Below, piece after piece: positions 1 to 9,149 of a stretch of DNA of 64,000 nucleotides (its first letter is position 1; each line of letters begins with the position of its first letter). The translations under genes and the position numbers were made by a program. The notes beneath the pieces were generated by a model. That model saw nothing but the letters and a program-made list of their open reading frames with translations, was not told where the DNA came from and did not search any database. The DNA comes from Desulfobaccales bacterium. GTDB lineage: Bacteria; Desulfobacterota; Desulfobaccia; Desulfobaccales; 0-14-0-80-60-11. The DNA lies in the NCBI GenBank assembly GCA_037481655.1, contig JBBFLF010000005.1, forward strand, positions 9,981-73,980, in the 5' to 3' direction.

Positions 1-1296
1 TGGCTCCTGCAAGGCCGGGCCGCCACCAAGCGCCGGCTGGCGGAACTGGTGGACCTGCCGGTGGATACCCTGCCCTACCACCAGGACCTGCTCCGGCTCC
101 TCAGGGATGAAGGAGGCCGGGGGCGGACCCTGGTTCTGGCCACCGGCGCGGATGAGCGCTTGGCTCAGCGGGTGGCAAAACACCTGGGCTGTTTTTCGGA
201 AGTCCTGGCCAGCGACGGCAGGGCCAACCTCACCGGGCGGCGCAAGGCCCAGGCTCTGGTGGCCCGCTTCGGGAGCAACGGCTTTGATTACGCCGGCAAC
301 GACCGCCGGGACCTGCCGGTCTGGCGCCACGCCCGCCGGGCCCTGCTGGTGGCGGCGCCGGCCCGCCTGGTACGTCGGGTCCGGCGTTTCCATCCCCAGG
401 TGCAGGTGGTGGGGGTCCCGCTTCAGGCTTACCGGGTCCTGCCCCGGGCTCTCAGGGTATATCAGTGGCTCAAGAACCTTCTCGTCCTGGTGCCCCTGGT
501 GGCCGCACATCATTTCCGGGAACTGGCCCTCTGGGGACAGGCCGGCCTGGCCTTCCTCTCTTTCAGCCTGGTGGCATCCGGGATCTATCTCATCAATGAC
601 CTCCTGGATCTGGAGGCCGACCGCCGTCACCACCAGAAAAGGTTCAGACCCCTGGCCGCGGGAGAGTTGCCCCTGACCTACGCCCCGCCGTTGGCCCTGG
701 TGCTCCTGGGGGGCGGTTTTCTAACAGCCGGGGGGCTTCCTTGGGCGTTTTCCGGGCTGCTGGGCCTCTATGTCATCCTGAGCCTGCTTTATTCCTTGTA
801 TGTGAAGCGCCTTGCCCTGATGGATGTCTGTCTTCTGGCGCTGCTCTACACCATCCGAATCTTCGCCGGCGGCGAGGCCACCCGGATTGTGATCTCCTAC
901 TGGCTCCTTACTTTTTCCCTGTTTTTCTTTCTCAGTCTGGCCTTTTTGAAGCGCTGGGCGGAGTTGCAGTCCCAGGCGGGCAATCCCCACGCCCTCCCGG
1001 GCCGGGGGTACTCCGCCGTGGATCTGGAAGCCGTGGCCGCCATGGGCACGGCCAGCGGTTATATTGCGGTGCTGGTCTTTGCCCTGTATATCAACAGTAC
1101 CACGGTGGCGGCCCTTTATCGACATCCCCATCTGCTGTGGCTTATCATCCCGCTGCTCCTGTATTGGGTCAGCCGCCTTTGGCTTTTGGCGCGGAGGGGA
1201 GAAGTTCAGGAGGATCCCATCCTCTTTGCCCTGAAGGACCGGGGCAGCTATGCCGTGGCGGCGCTGTTCGGGGGGATCTTCCTCCTGGCCCGCTAA
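1..1296 (+). CDS. HAD-like + UbiA prenyltransferase fusion (decaprenyl-phosphate phosphoribosyltransferase-like), 5' truncated by window edge
   Basis: Frame open from base 1; HAD-like N-part (LVLATG, FDYAGNDRRD); UbiA motifs QWLKNLLV, YLINDLLDLEADRRH..KRFRPLAAG; multiple TM helices. Confidence 0.85.
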   Translation, partial: WLLQGRAATKRRLAELVDLPVDTLPYHQDLLRLLRDEGGRGRTLVLATGADERLAQRVAKHLGCFSEVLASDGRANLTGRRKAQALVARFGSNGFDYAGNDRRDLPVWRHARRALLVAAPARLVRRVRRFHPQVQVVGVPLQAYRVLPRALRVYQWLKNLLVLVPLVAAHHFRELALWGQAGLAFLSFSLVASGIYLINDLLDLEADRRHHQKRFRPLAAGELPLTYAPPLALVLLGGGFLTAGGLPWAFSGLLGLYVILSLLYSLYVKRLALMDVCLLALLYTIRIFAGGEATRIVISYWLLTFSLFFFLSLAFLKRWAELQSQAGNPHALPGRGYSAVDLEAVAAMGTASGYIAVLVFALYINSTTVAALYRHPHLLWLIIPLLLYWVSRLWLLARRGEVQEDPILFALKDRGSYAVAALFGGIFLLAR

Positions 1297-1364
1297 GGGG
1301 CACAGGGGAAGCATGGCGGTTCTGGAGCGGGGATTCAGGCCTCCATCACCATCAAGGACGGGGC

Positions 1365-2522
1365 ATGAAAATTCTCTTTCTTGCAGAATTCTTTTATCCG
1401 CATTGGACCGGCTACGCCCAGGCCACCCTCAGGGCCGCCCTGCGGCTGACGGAGGCGGGGCATGAGTGCACCGTACTGGCCACCCGGCACGATCCTGCCC
1501 TGCCGCCGGTGGAAAGTTACCGGGGCATCGTCATCCATCGGGCCGAGCCCTGGCTCCCCATCAGCCGTACCCAATATTCCTGGGACAGCCTCATCCAGTT
1601 CTCCCGTCTAGTGGGGGCTTGTGACCTGATCTTTCTCCACACCCCCCATTCCAACACCCTGCCTTTCAGCCTCATGGCCAAAATCCGGCGTAAACCCACC
1701 CTGGTTTTCCTGCACGGCGATCTCATCCTCCCCCAGGGGTGGCATAACCGCTTGCTGGAAAAGATCTTCGACTTCAGCATGCACCTTGCCTGCCGCTGGG
1801 CTGCGGCGGTGAGCACCAGTGTGCGGGATTATGCCGAACATTCCCGCATCTTGCGGCACTATCTCCACAAATTTCATCCGCTGCTGTTACCCATGGAGAT
1901 GCCCCAGGAGGCGCCGGACCCGGAAGTGACGGCCTTGCTCACCCGGTTGCGACAGGAAAAGGGGGCCGAGGCCTTGGTGGGCTTCGCCGGCCGTTTTGTG
2001 GAGGAGAAGGCCTTTGATATCCTTCTGCAGGCGGTTCCCCTGGTGGTGCGGGAAAAGCCCCGGGTCCATTTTGTCTACGCCGGGGACTTCCCCCATTATG
2101 AAGATTTTTTCCAGCGGGTGCAGCCGCTGTGGGATCAGAGCGCCCAGCACCTCACCCACTTGGGTCTGCTTCGAGGCGAAGGGCGCATGATTGCCTTTTT
2201 CCGCCACCTGGACCTCTTTGTGTTGCCCAGCCGTTCGGATTGCTTCGCCATTGTCCAGGCTGAGGCCATGTCCCAGGGGGTGCCGGTGGTGGTCACCAAT
2301 ATTCCGGGGGCCCGCTGGCTGGTGCGCACCAGCGGCTTCGGGCTGCTGGCAGAGCCGGAAGACCCTGCCAGCCTGGCGGCGGCCATTCTCGACGCCCTTA
2401 CCCGGGGCAAGGCCCATTTCAGCGGCCAAGAAACCGCCATGGCCTTCCTTCACCACCGCAATTTCCTGCAGCAATTCAACGCCATCGCCACCGCCATCTT
2501 CGGTTCTGCCAAGCCTGGGTAA
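1365..2522 (+). CDS. Glycosyltransferase family 4 (GT-B)
   Basis: MKILFLAEFFYPHWTG start; GRFVEEKA; LFVLPSRSDCFAIVQAEAMSQGVPVV motif; AAGGA upstream. Confidence 0.9.
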   Translation: MKILFLAEFFYPHWTGYAQATLRAALRLTEAGHECTVLATRHDPALPPVESYRGIVIHRAEPWLPISRTQYSWDSLIQFSRLVGACDLIFLHTPHSNTLPFSLMAKIRRKPTLVFLHGDLILPQGWHNRLLEKIFDFSMHLACRWAAAVSTSVRDYAEHSRILRHYLHKFHPLLLPMEMPQEAPDPEVTALLTRLRQEKGAEALVGFAGRFVEEKAFDILLQAVPLVVREKPRVHFVYAGDFPHYEDFFQRVQPLWDQSAQHLTHLGLLRGEGRMIAFFRHLDLFVLPSRSDCFAIVQAEAMSQGVPVVVTNIPGARWLVRTSGFGLLAEPEDPASLAAAILDALTRGKAHFSGQETAMAFLHHRNFLQQFNAIATAIFGSAKPG

Positions 2523-2526
2523 AGGG

Positions 2527-2898
2527 ATGCCTGGTCTGCCAGTATTGGTCCTGGTTTTGTTCTGCATCTTCCTCAATGTGACGGGGCAAATTTCCCTGAA
2601 GTACGGGGCCTCCAGACTGGGACCCCTTCCCGCCAGACAAGGGATCCCTTTCTTCCTTCTTCAGGTGGTGAAAAACCCCTTTGTGCTGACCAGCCTCGGA
2701 TGTGCCTTTACCAGCCTGCTCCTCTGGCTGATCATCCTTTCCCGGGCGGAGCTCAGCGCGGTCTATCCAATGCTGGCCCTGAGCTACGCCCTCACCGCAA
2801 TGGCCGCTCGCCTCTTGCTAGGGGAACAGCTGAGTTCCCTCCGGGTATTGGGCATTACCCTCATCTGTCTCGGAGTCTTTCTCATCGCCCGCAGTTGA
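2527..2898 (+). CDS. EamA/SMR-type small membrane transporter (ArnE/ArnF-like lipid-linked sugar flippase)
   Basis: 123 aa, 4 TM; GQISLKYG, ELSAVYPMLALSY, LLGEQ..GITLICLGV. Confidence 0.8.
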   Translation: MPGLPVLVLVLFCIFLNVTGQISLKYGASRLGPLPARQGIPFFLLQVVKNPFVLTSLGCAFTSLLLWLIILSRAELSAVYPMLALSYALTAMAARLLLGEQLSSLRVLGITLICLGVFLIARS

Positions 2899-2901
2899 CC
2901 C

Positions 2902-2930
2902 AAAACAAAAAGGCAGGCCAAGCCTGCCTT
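2902..2930 (-). terminator. Intrinsic terminator after tRNA-His
   Basis: AAGGCAGGC-CAA-GCCTGCCTT hairpin followed on the minus strand by TTTGTTTT. Confidence 0.7.
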
Positions 2931-2942
2931 GCAGCATCCCGG

Positions 2943-3020
2943 TGGGGTGAGCGACGGGATTTGAACCCGCGACCTCCGGGGCCACAACCCGGTGCTCTCA
3001 CCAGCTGAGCTACGCCCACC
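2943..3020 (-). tRNA. tRNA-His (GTG)
   Basis: Minus strand GGTGGGCGTAGCTCAGCTGGTGAGAGCACCGGGTTGTGGCCCCGGAGGTCGCGGGTTCAAATCCCGTCGCTCACCCCA: cloverleaf, GTG anticodon, G-1:C73 pair, encoded CCA. Confidence 0.97.
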
Positions 3021-3318
3021 ACATGCTAATAAGGTAACACACTTTCCGGACCGTGGGAAGTGTCCTAGATTTTCCCGCCCCTGGCAAGAAGAAAAGCCCA
3101 GGAGCCCCATCTTTACATCCCCCGCCAGGAGGCCTATTTTTATATACAAGGCGGTGGAGATGACTCCGGGGGTCAGGAAGGCTCGCCCAGGCTGCCCGCC
3201 TGACCGCTTTAAGACCCGGTCCCGCCCAGCCCGGAAAAAGGGAGGATGGGGAGCATTCATCGGAGGCCCCCAATTAACCACGTCGGCTCTCCCTGCCAGA
3301 CCCACCCGAGGACAGGCC

Positions 3319-4332
3319 ATGCGCGAAGCCCGTTTTTACGACAAACTGGAGGACGACAAGGTCCATTGCCACCTCTGCGCCCATGAATGCAAAATTGATC
3401 CCGGAAAACGGGGCATCTGCCAGGTGCGGGAAAACCGAGAGGGCACGCTGTACTCCCTGGTCTACGGCCGGGTGGTGGCGGAGAACCTGGACCCCATCGA
3501 GAAAAAGCCGCTCTTTCATTTCCTCCCCGGCTCCCGCTCCTATTCCATCTCCACCGTGGGCTGCAATTTCCAGTGTCTGCACTGCCAGAATTACGACATC
3601 TCCCAGTATCCCCGGCTCCATGACGGCCGTATCATCGGCACGGAGCGCACCCCGGAGCAGATCGTGGCCGCGGCCCAGGCCAGCCGGGCCGCCACCATCT
3701 CCTACACCTATGTGGAGCCCACCATCTTCATGGAATTCGCCCAGGACATCGGCCACCTGGCCCACAAGAAGGGCCTCCGCAATGTCTTTGTCTCCAACGG
3801 CTTCATGACGCCCGCCTCCGCCGACGCCCTGGCGGAGTTCATGGATGCCGACAACGTGGACTTAAAGAGCTTCTCCGACGATTTTTACCGCAAGGTCTGC
3901 AAGGCCAAGCTGAAGCCGGTGCTGGACACCATCGTGCGCCTGAAGGAGAAAGGGGCGTGGCTGGAGATCACCACCCTCATCATCCCGGGCCTCAATGACT
4001 CGGACGAGGAGCTCACCCAGATCGCCCGCTTCATCCGCAACCTGGATGCCGGCATCCCTTGGCATGTGAGCGCCTTTTACCCCACCTACAAGATGCTGGA
4101 TCGGCCCCGCACCCCGCCGGAGACCCTCTTTCGGGCCCGGCAGATCGGCTTGGCCGAGGGCCTGCGCTACGTCTACACCGGCAACATCCCCGGCCGGGGG
4201 GGCGAGGACACCGACTGCCCCAAGTGCGGGGAGACCCTCATCGCCCGCCTGGGTTACCAGATCCGGGGATTTATCCTGAAAGACGGCGCCTGCCCCAAAT
4301 GCGGCACCGCCATCGACGGGGTGTGGAAATAA
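3319..4332 (+). CDS. amrS: AmmeMemoRadiSam system radical SAM enzyme
   Basis: CHLCAHEC, DPIEKKPLFHFLPG, GCNFQCLHCQN (CxxxCxxC), YVYTGN, C-terminal CPKCG pairs. Confidence 0.9.
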   Translation: MREARFYDKLEDDKVHCHLCAHECKIDPGKRGICQVRENREGTLYSLVYGRVVAENLDPIEKKPLFHFLPGSRSYSISTVGCNFQCLHCQNYDISQYPRLHDGRIIGTERTPEQIVAAAQASRAATISYTYVEPTIFMEFAQDIGHLAHKKGLRNVFVSNGFMTPASADALAEFMDADNVDLKSFSDDFYRKVCKAKLKPVLDTIVRLKEKGAWLEITTLIIPGLNDSDEELTQIARFIRNLDAGIPWHVSAFYPTYKMLDRPRTPPETLFRARQIGLAEGLRYVYTGNIPGRGGEDTDCPKCGETLIARLGYQIRGFILKDGACPKCGTAIDGVWK

Positions 4333-4337
4333 CGGGA

Positions 4338-4455
4338 CCGGGAAGGGAGGGGGGCAGGGGTCGGACGCCTGCTCCCTCAATCAACCCCATTTTGGGGGTG
4401 GGGAGGGGAGAGGGAGGGGAAGCCGGCAGGGCCACTGCCCCCCGGTCCTTCCTGC
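4338..4455. repeat. Palindromic intergenic REP/MITE-like element
   Basis: GGGAGGGGGCAGGGG...AACCCCATTTTGGGGGTGGGG..., resembling the copies at 47264 and 47493. Confidence 0.55.
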
Positions 4456-4458
4456 ACC

Positions 4459-4995
4459 TCAATACTCGATGCCCCGGCGGGCGGTGACGCCCACCTCCCA
4501 GTAGTGTTTCACCGGCCGCATCTCGGTGACCAGATCCGCCAGCTCCAGCAGTTCCGGAGGCGCGGCCCGGCCGGTCAGGACCACCTCCACATGCGGCGGC
4601 CGGGTCCTTAACAGCTCCAGGACTTCCTCCAGAGGGACGAGCCCGTAGGCCAGGGCCACATTGATCTCATCCAGGACCACCACATCATAGCGGCCGGAGA
4701 GGATGACCTCTTTGGCCAGCTTTAGGGCCTCCCGGGCCAGCTCCAGGTCTCGGGAGGCGGGGTTTTTCAGGTTCACCAGCCCCGGCCGGCCGAAGCTGCG
4801 CAGGGTCAGATCCGGCGCCAGCCTAGCCGCGGCGGCGATCTCGCCGGTATCCTGGCCCTTCAGGAACTGCAGGAAAAAGACCTTGAAACCCTGGCCCACG
4901 GCCCGCAAGGACAAGCCCAAGGCGCAGGTGGTCTTGCCCTTGCCGTCCCCGGTATAGACCTGGATGCAGCCTTGGGTGAGCCTGCCTTCGGTCAC
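4459..4995 (-). CDS. cobO: Cob(I)yrinic acid a,c-diamide adenosyltransferase
   Basis: IQVYTGDGKGKTT, QFLKG, VVLDEIN, EVVLTGR, ADLVTEM..KHY..ARRGIEY. Confidence 0.95.
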   Translation of the reverse strand: MTEGRLTQGCIQVYTGDGKGKTTCALGLSLRAVGQGFKVFFLQFLKGQDTGEIAAAARLAPDLTLRSFGRPGLVNLKNPASRDLELAREALKLAKEVILSGRYDVVVLDEINVALAYGLVPLEEVLELLRTRPPHVEVVLTGRAAPPELLELADLVTEMRPVKHYWEVGVTARRGIEY

Positions 4996-5008
4996 CTTTT
5001 CCTCCCTT

Positions 5009-6151
5009 TTATGATTTCAGCAGATCCCGGGCGATGATGAGGCGCATGATCTCGTTGGTGCCCTCATAGATCTGCCCCGCCTTGGCGTCCTCAAAGAGCC
5101 GGGCCACCGGGTTCTCCGTGAGGAGGCCGTAGCCGCCGCAGATCTGCACCGCCTCCACGGTGGCGTGCATGGCGGCGTCGGTGGCGAAACCCTTGGCCAT
5201 GGCCGCGGCGGCGCTGTACGGCCGGCCCTGGTCCCTGAGCCAGGCAGCCTTGAGGGTGAGGAGGGCTGCCGCCTCCAGCTCCGTGGCCAGATCCGCCAGT
5301 TTGAACTGGATGGCCTGGAACTGGGCCAAAGGCTGGCCGAACTGCTGCCGGCTCCGGGCATGGTTCAGCGCATAGCGCAAGGCGGCCTGTCCCAGCCCCA
5401 CGGCCTGGGCTGCGGCCCCCACCCGGGCGCCGTCCAGCACCGTCAGGGCGATCTTCAGGCCCTCTTCGGCCGCGCCCAACAGATTCTCCGCCGGCACCGG
5501 CGCCTCCTGAAACTGCAGGGTGACCGATACGGCGCCTTTCAGGCTGATCTTCTCCTCCGGCGGGCTGATGGTGAGGCCGGAGGTGGCGCCGGGCTCCACC
5601 AGGAAGGCGCTCACCCCCTTGGCCCCCTTCTCCGGGGCGGTGAGGGCGAAGACCACCCCTATCTTAGCCCGGTCCCCGGCGGTGACGAAGTTCTTGGTGC
5701 CGGAAAGGTAAAAGACTTCCCCCTGCCGCCGGGCCACCGTGGCCATGCCGCCGGGGTCGGAGCCGGCCATGGGTTCGGTGAGGGCGAAGAAGCCCAGGGC
5801 CTCCCCTCGGGCCAGGGCCGGGAGGAAACGCTCCTTGTGGGCCGGGGTGCCGAAGCGGGCCAAAGCCATGCCGGTGAGGGAGTGGTTGAGGTGTACCAAA
5901 AGGGCAGCGGAGGGAGAGACCTGGGCCAGTTCCATCTGGGCCAGGCAATAGGAGACATATCCGAGGCCGCTCCCCCCGTACTCCCGGGGGAGGGCCAGGC
6001 CGCACATGCCGGCGGCGGCGAAGCGACGGAAAACCGGCTCCGGGAAGGCCCCTTGCCGCTCCAGGCGGGCCGCCTCGGCGGCCATTTCCTCAGCCAACGT
6101 TCGGGCCCGGGCTTGGATTTCCTTTTCTTTCGCGGACAACTCAAAATCCAT
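5009..6151 (-). CDS. Acyl-CoA dehydrogenase
   Basis: FALTEPMAGSD, LSGTKNFVT, RQQFGQPLAQFQAIQFKLAD, IYEGTNEIMRLII. Confidence 0.93.
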   Translation of the reverse strand: MDFELSAKEKEIQARARTLAEEMAAEAARLERQGAFPEPVFRRFAAAGMCGLALPREYGGSGLGYVSYCLAQMELAQVSPSAALLVHLNHSLTGMALARFGTPAHKERFLPALARGEALGFFALTEPMAGSDPGGMATVARRQGEVFYLSGTKNFVTAGDRAKIGVVFALTAPEKGAKGVSAFLVEPGATSGLTISPPEEKISLKGAVSVTLQFQEAPVPAENLLGAAEEGLKIALTVLDGARVGAAAQAVGLGQAALRYALNHARSRQQFGQPLAQFQAIQFKLADLATELEAAALLTLKAAWLRDQGRPYSAAAAMAKGFATDAAMHATVEAVQICGGYGLLTENPVARLFEDAKAGQIYEGTNEIMRLIIARDLLKS

Positions 6152-6309
6152 GGCCAAATCTCTCCTGGATGTGGGCTATCTCTCTCCTAGGGCCTTTCCT
6201 GTCCCATGATTTCAGATTTGCCGGGGCGGGTCAATGGCAATCTCCCGGGAAAGGGCTTGTGCTCCGCTTTGCAAGGGAGTAAGTTTTCAGGGTGCAGGAG
6301 ACTGACGCC

Positions 6310-6864
6310 ATGCCCGGCCCCGTGAACTTCCGCCTGGCCCTAATTCTGGGCGGCGCCAGGAGCGGCAAGAGCCGCCTGGCCCAGGAGCTGGCGGAGAGGC
6401 ACCGGCCGCCGCTTTTATATGTGGCCACCGGCGAGGCCGGGGACCCGGAGATGGCGGCCCGCATCGAGCGCCACCGGCAGGCCCGGGGCCCCGCCTGGGA
6501 GACCTGGGAGGTGCCCCGGGAGCTGCCGGAGGCGTTGGCACGGGTGGGAGACGGTTTCGGGGCGGTGCTGGTGGACTGCCTCACGCTGTGGCTCAGCAAT
6601 CTGCTCCTGGATGCTCCCCCGGACAGCGAGCTGGAGGGGGCCCAGGAGCGACTTCTTCGCGCCGCGGGGCAGATGACCTGTCCCCTCATTTTCGTCAGCA
6701 ACGAAGTGGGGTGGGGCATCGTGCCGGACAATCCCCTGGCCCGCCGCTTCCGGGACCTGGCGGGCCGCCTGCACCAGCGCCTGGCCGAAAAGGCCGATCT
6801 GGTGGTGCTGGCGGTGGCCGGGCTGCCCCTGGTGCTTAAACCTTCGTCCCAAGGATGGCTCTGA
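6310..6864 (+). CDS. cobU: Adenosylcobinamide kinase/adenosylcobinamide-phosphate guanylyltransferase
   Basis: GGARSGKS, RIERHRQAR, VDCLTLWLSN, VSNEVGWGIVP. Confidence 0.95.
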   Translation: MPGPVNFRLALILGGARSGKSRLAQELAERHRPPLLYVATGEAGDPEMAARIERHRQARGPAWETWEVPRELPEALARVGDGFGAVLVDCLTLWLSNLLLDAPPDSELEGAQERLLRAAGQMTCPLIFVSNEVGWGIVPDNPLARRFRDLAGRLHQRLAEKADLVVLAVAGLPLVLKPSSQGWL

Positions 6865-7923
6865 ATGGAAGCTGCCTTAAAAGAGCTTGCGGACCGCATC
6901 CAGCCGGTGGAAAACGCTTGGCTGGCCAAAGCTCAGGCCCGCCTGGACAACCTCACCAAACCCCCGGGAAGCCTGGGCCGCCTGGAGGAGCTGGCCGCCC
7001 GCTACGTGGCCATCCGTCAGGTGGAGATGCCGCCCCTGCCCAAGAAACGGGTGGTGGTCTTCGCCGCCGACCATGGGATAGTGGCTGAGGGGGTGAGCGC
7101 CTACCCCCAGGAAGTCACCTTCCAGATGGTCTACAATTTTCTGCGGGGCGGGGCCGGCATCAATGTCCTGGCCCGGCAGGCGGGGGCCGAGGTGGAGGTG
7201 GTGGACATCGGGGTCAATCACGACTTCGACCCAGCTCTCCCCCTGGTGCACCGCAAGGTGGCCTACGGCACCCGCAACTTCGCCCGGGAGCCCGCCTTGC
7301 GCCGGGAGGAGGCCCTGAAGGCCCTGTGGGTGGGGGTGGAGCGGGCCCGGGAGGCGGCCCAGGCCGGGGTGGAGGTGGTAGCCGCCGGCGACATGGGCAT
7401 CGGCAACACCACTGCCGCCGCCGCCCTGGGGGCGGTGTTCAGCGGCCGCCCGGTGGCCACCCTCACTGGCCGCGGCACCGGCATCGACGATCAGGCCCTG
7501 CGCCACAAGGTGGCGGTGATCAATCGGGCCCTCTCCCTGCATCGGGTGGAGGCCCAGGATCCCGTCGGCGCCCTGGCGGCGGTGGGGGGCCTGGAGATCG
7601 CCGGCATTGCGGGCCTCATCCTGGGCGCGGCGGCGGCCCGCCTGGCCTTCCTGCTGGACGGCTTCATCGCCACCGCCGGGGCCCTGGTGGCCGCGGCCCT
7701 GGCCCCCACGGTGACGGACTACCTCATCGCCGCCCACCGCTCCGCCGAACCCGGCCACCAGATCATGCTGGACACCCTTAACCTGAAGCCCCTTCTCACT
7801 TTCAACATGCGCCTGGGGGAAGGCACCGGCGCCGCGGTGGGCATGCTGCTCTTGGACGCGGGCCTGCGCATTTACCGGGAGATGGCCACCTTCGCCGAAG
7901 CCGGGGTCTCAGAGAAGGCGTGA
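6865..7923 (+). CDS. cobT: Nicotinate-nucleotide--dimethylbenzimidazole phosphoribosyltransferase
   Basis: LTKPPGSLGRLE, FAADHG, GDMGIGNTT, MRLGEGTGA, MATFAEAGVS. Confidence 0.96.
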   Translation: MEAALKELADRIQPVENAWLAKAQARLDNLTKPPGSLGRLEELAARYVAIRQVEMPPLPKKRVVVFAADHGIVAEGVSAYPQEVTFQMVYNFLRGGAGINVLARQAGAEVEVVDIGVNHDFDPALPLVHRKVAYGTRNFAREPALRREEALKALWVGVERAREAAQAGVEVVAAGDMGIGNTTAAAALGAVFSGRPVATLTGRGTGIDDQALRHKVAVINRALSLHRVEAQDPVGALAAVGGLEIAGIAGLILGAAAARLAFLLDGFIATAGALVAAALAPTVTDYLIAAHRSAEPGHQIMLDTLNLKPLLTFNMRLGEGTGAAVGMLLLDAGLRIYREMATFAEAGVSEKA

Positions 7924-7929
7924 GAAATT

Positions 7930-8055
7930 GGGCAGGCGAGGGCCGGGGAGAAGTGGCTCCCTCCCTTCCCTGAGCTTCCCCGCCTCAGTAAGGGGTTGGG
8001 GGTGAGGGTCCGGGACAGGGGGCAGGGGTTGCCGACCCCTGGTCCTCTCTCCCAC
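7930..8055. repeat. Palindromic intergenic REP/MITE-like element
   Basis: Shares GGGCCGGGGAGAAGTGGCTCCC and GGGGTTGGGGGTGAGGGTCCGGGACAGGGGGCAGGGG...CCCCTGG blocks with the 47264 copy. Confidence 0.65.
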
Positions 8056-8101
8056 CGAAAGACCGTCGCTCTGAGCTGCAGAGCCCTGGGGGATAACCGA
8101 A

Positions 8102-8902
8102 GTGAGCCTCAAGAGTGACACGCCCGGCTCAGGTGATCGGCCTCAGCCCTCCCGGCCGTGCACCTTTCCCCTGGCCCTGACCTTCCTCACCACCCTGCCC
8201 TGGCCCCGCCCGGTTCTGGCGGGCCCAGAGGACCTGGCCCGGTCGCTTATCTGGTTCCCCTGGGTGGGGCTGCTTTTAGGTGCCCTCTATGCCGGCGCCG
8301 GCCACCTGGCCCTGCACGTATGGCCCCCCGCCGGCGCCGCGGCCCTGCTCTTGGTCCTCACCGTCCTTCTCACCCGCGGTCTGCACCTGGACGGCCTGGC
8401 CGACACCTTGGACGGTTTAGGCGGCGGCCGGGACCCGCAAAGCCGGCTCACGGTGATGAAGGACTCCCGCCTGGGAGCCTTTGGAGCCCTGGGGCTGGTG
8501 CTGGCCCTGCTGCTCAAGGGGGTGTTTCTGACCCTGCTCCTGGAAGCCGGCCGCTTGAGCGCCCTCCTCCTTTTCCCCATGGTGAGCCGGGGCGGCATGG
8601 TGCTGCTCACCTGGCTCTCCCCCTATGCCCGGCCGGAAGGCGGCCTGGGCCGGGCCATGACCGAAGGCGTCACCGGGCAGATTGCCCTCGGGGCTCTGGT
8701 CCCGGTGCTCGCAGCCTGCCTCCTTTTCTACCGGGCGCGGGGGATAGTGCTCCTAGTGGCCGCCGGGCTAGTGATCCTGGCCATGCACCGCGCCTGCAAT
8801 CGGCTCTTCGGTGGGGTCACCGGCGATGTCCTGGGCGCCGCCAACGAAATCCTGGAGGTCCTGGCCCTGGCCCTCCTCAGCGCCAGCCCCGGTCTTTCCT
8901 GA
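8102..8902 (+). CDS. cobS: Adenosylcobinamide-GDP ribazoletransferase (cobalamin synthase)
   Basis: ALTFLTTLP, GLHLDGLADTLDG, MKDSRLGAFG, GGVTGDVLGA; start uncertain. Confidence 0.93.
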   Translation: MSLKSDTPGSGDRPQPSRPCTFPLALTFLTTLPWPRPVLAGPEDLARSLIWFPWVGLLLGALYAGAGHLALHVWPPAGAAALLLVLTVLLTRGLHLDGLADTLDGLGGGRDPQSRLTVMKDSRLGAFGALGLVLALLLKGVFLTLLLEAGRLSALLLFPMVSRGGMVLLTWLSPYARPEGGLGRAMTEGVTGQIALGALVPVLAACLLFYRARGIVLLVAAGLVILAMHRACNRLFGGVTGDVLGAANEILEVLALALLSASPGLS

Positions 8903-9149
8903 ATTTTTTCTCCAGGTTTTCCTAAAGAGAATTTTTTGCTATCATAAATCCAGGCACCATGATCTGCGTCCTGCTCTCCGGCTATCCTTGACTCTGCACC
9001 GGCTCCGGCTTTGCCGGAGGTGGCCCCCTTTCCTGCACACCCAGCCATTGCGTCCTGATAACCGGGTCTTGGCCGAAGGGGCTCTGGCGTTCGGCCAAGC
9101 AGGCCCTGGGGTGACATTTTTATTTCATTCACTGTTGTAAGGAGGATTT

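Noticed and set aside
1..2943. Genomic island integrated at the tRNA-His 3' end
   Set aside because: The tRNA is followed directly by its terminator; no integrase or duplicated tRNA 3' end is seen in the window
8950..9130. Riboswitch upstream of prfB (TGCGTCCTG twice; TTGGCCGAA/TTCGGCCAA hairpin)
   Set aside because: No known aptamer motif or expression platform; such hairpins are expected at this GC content
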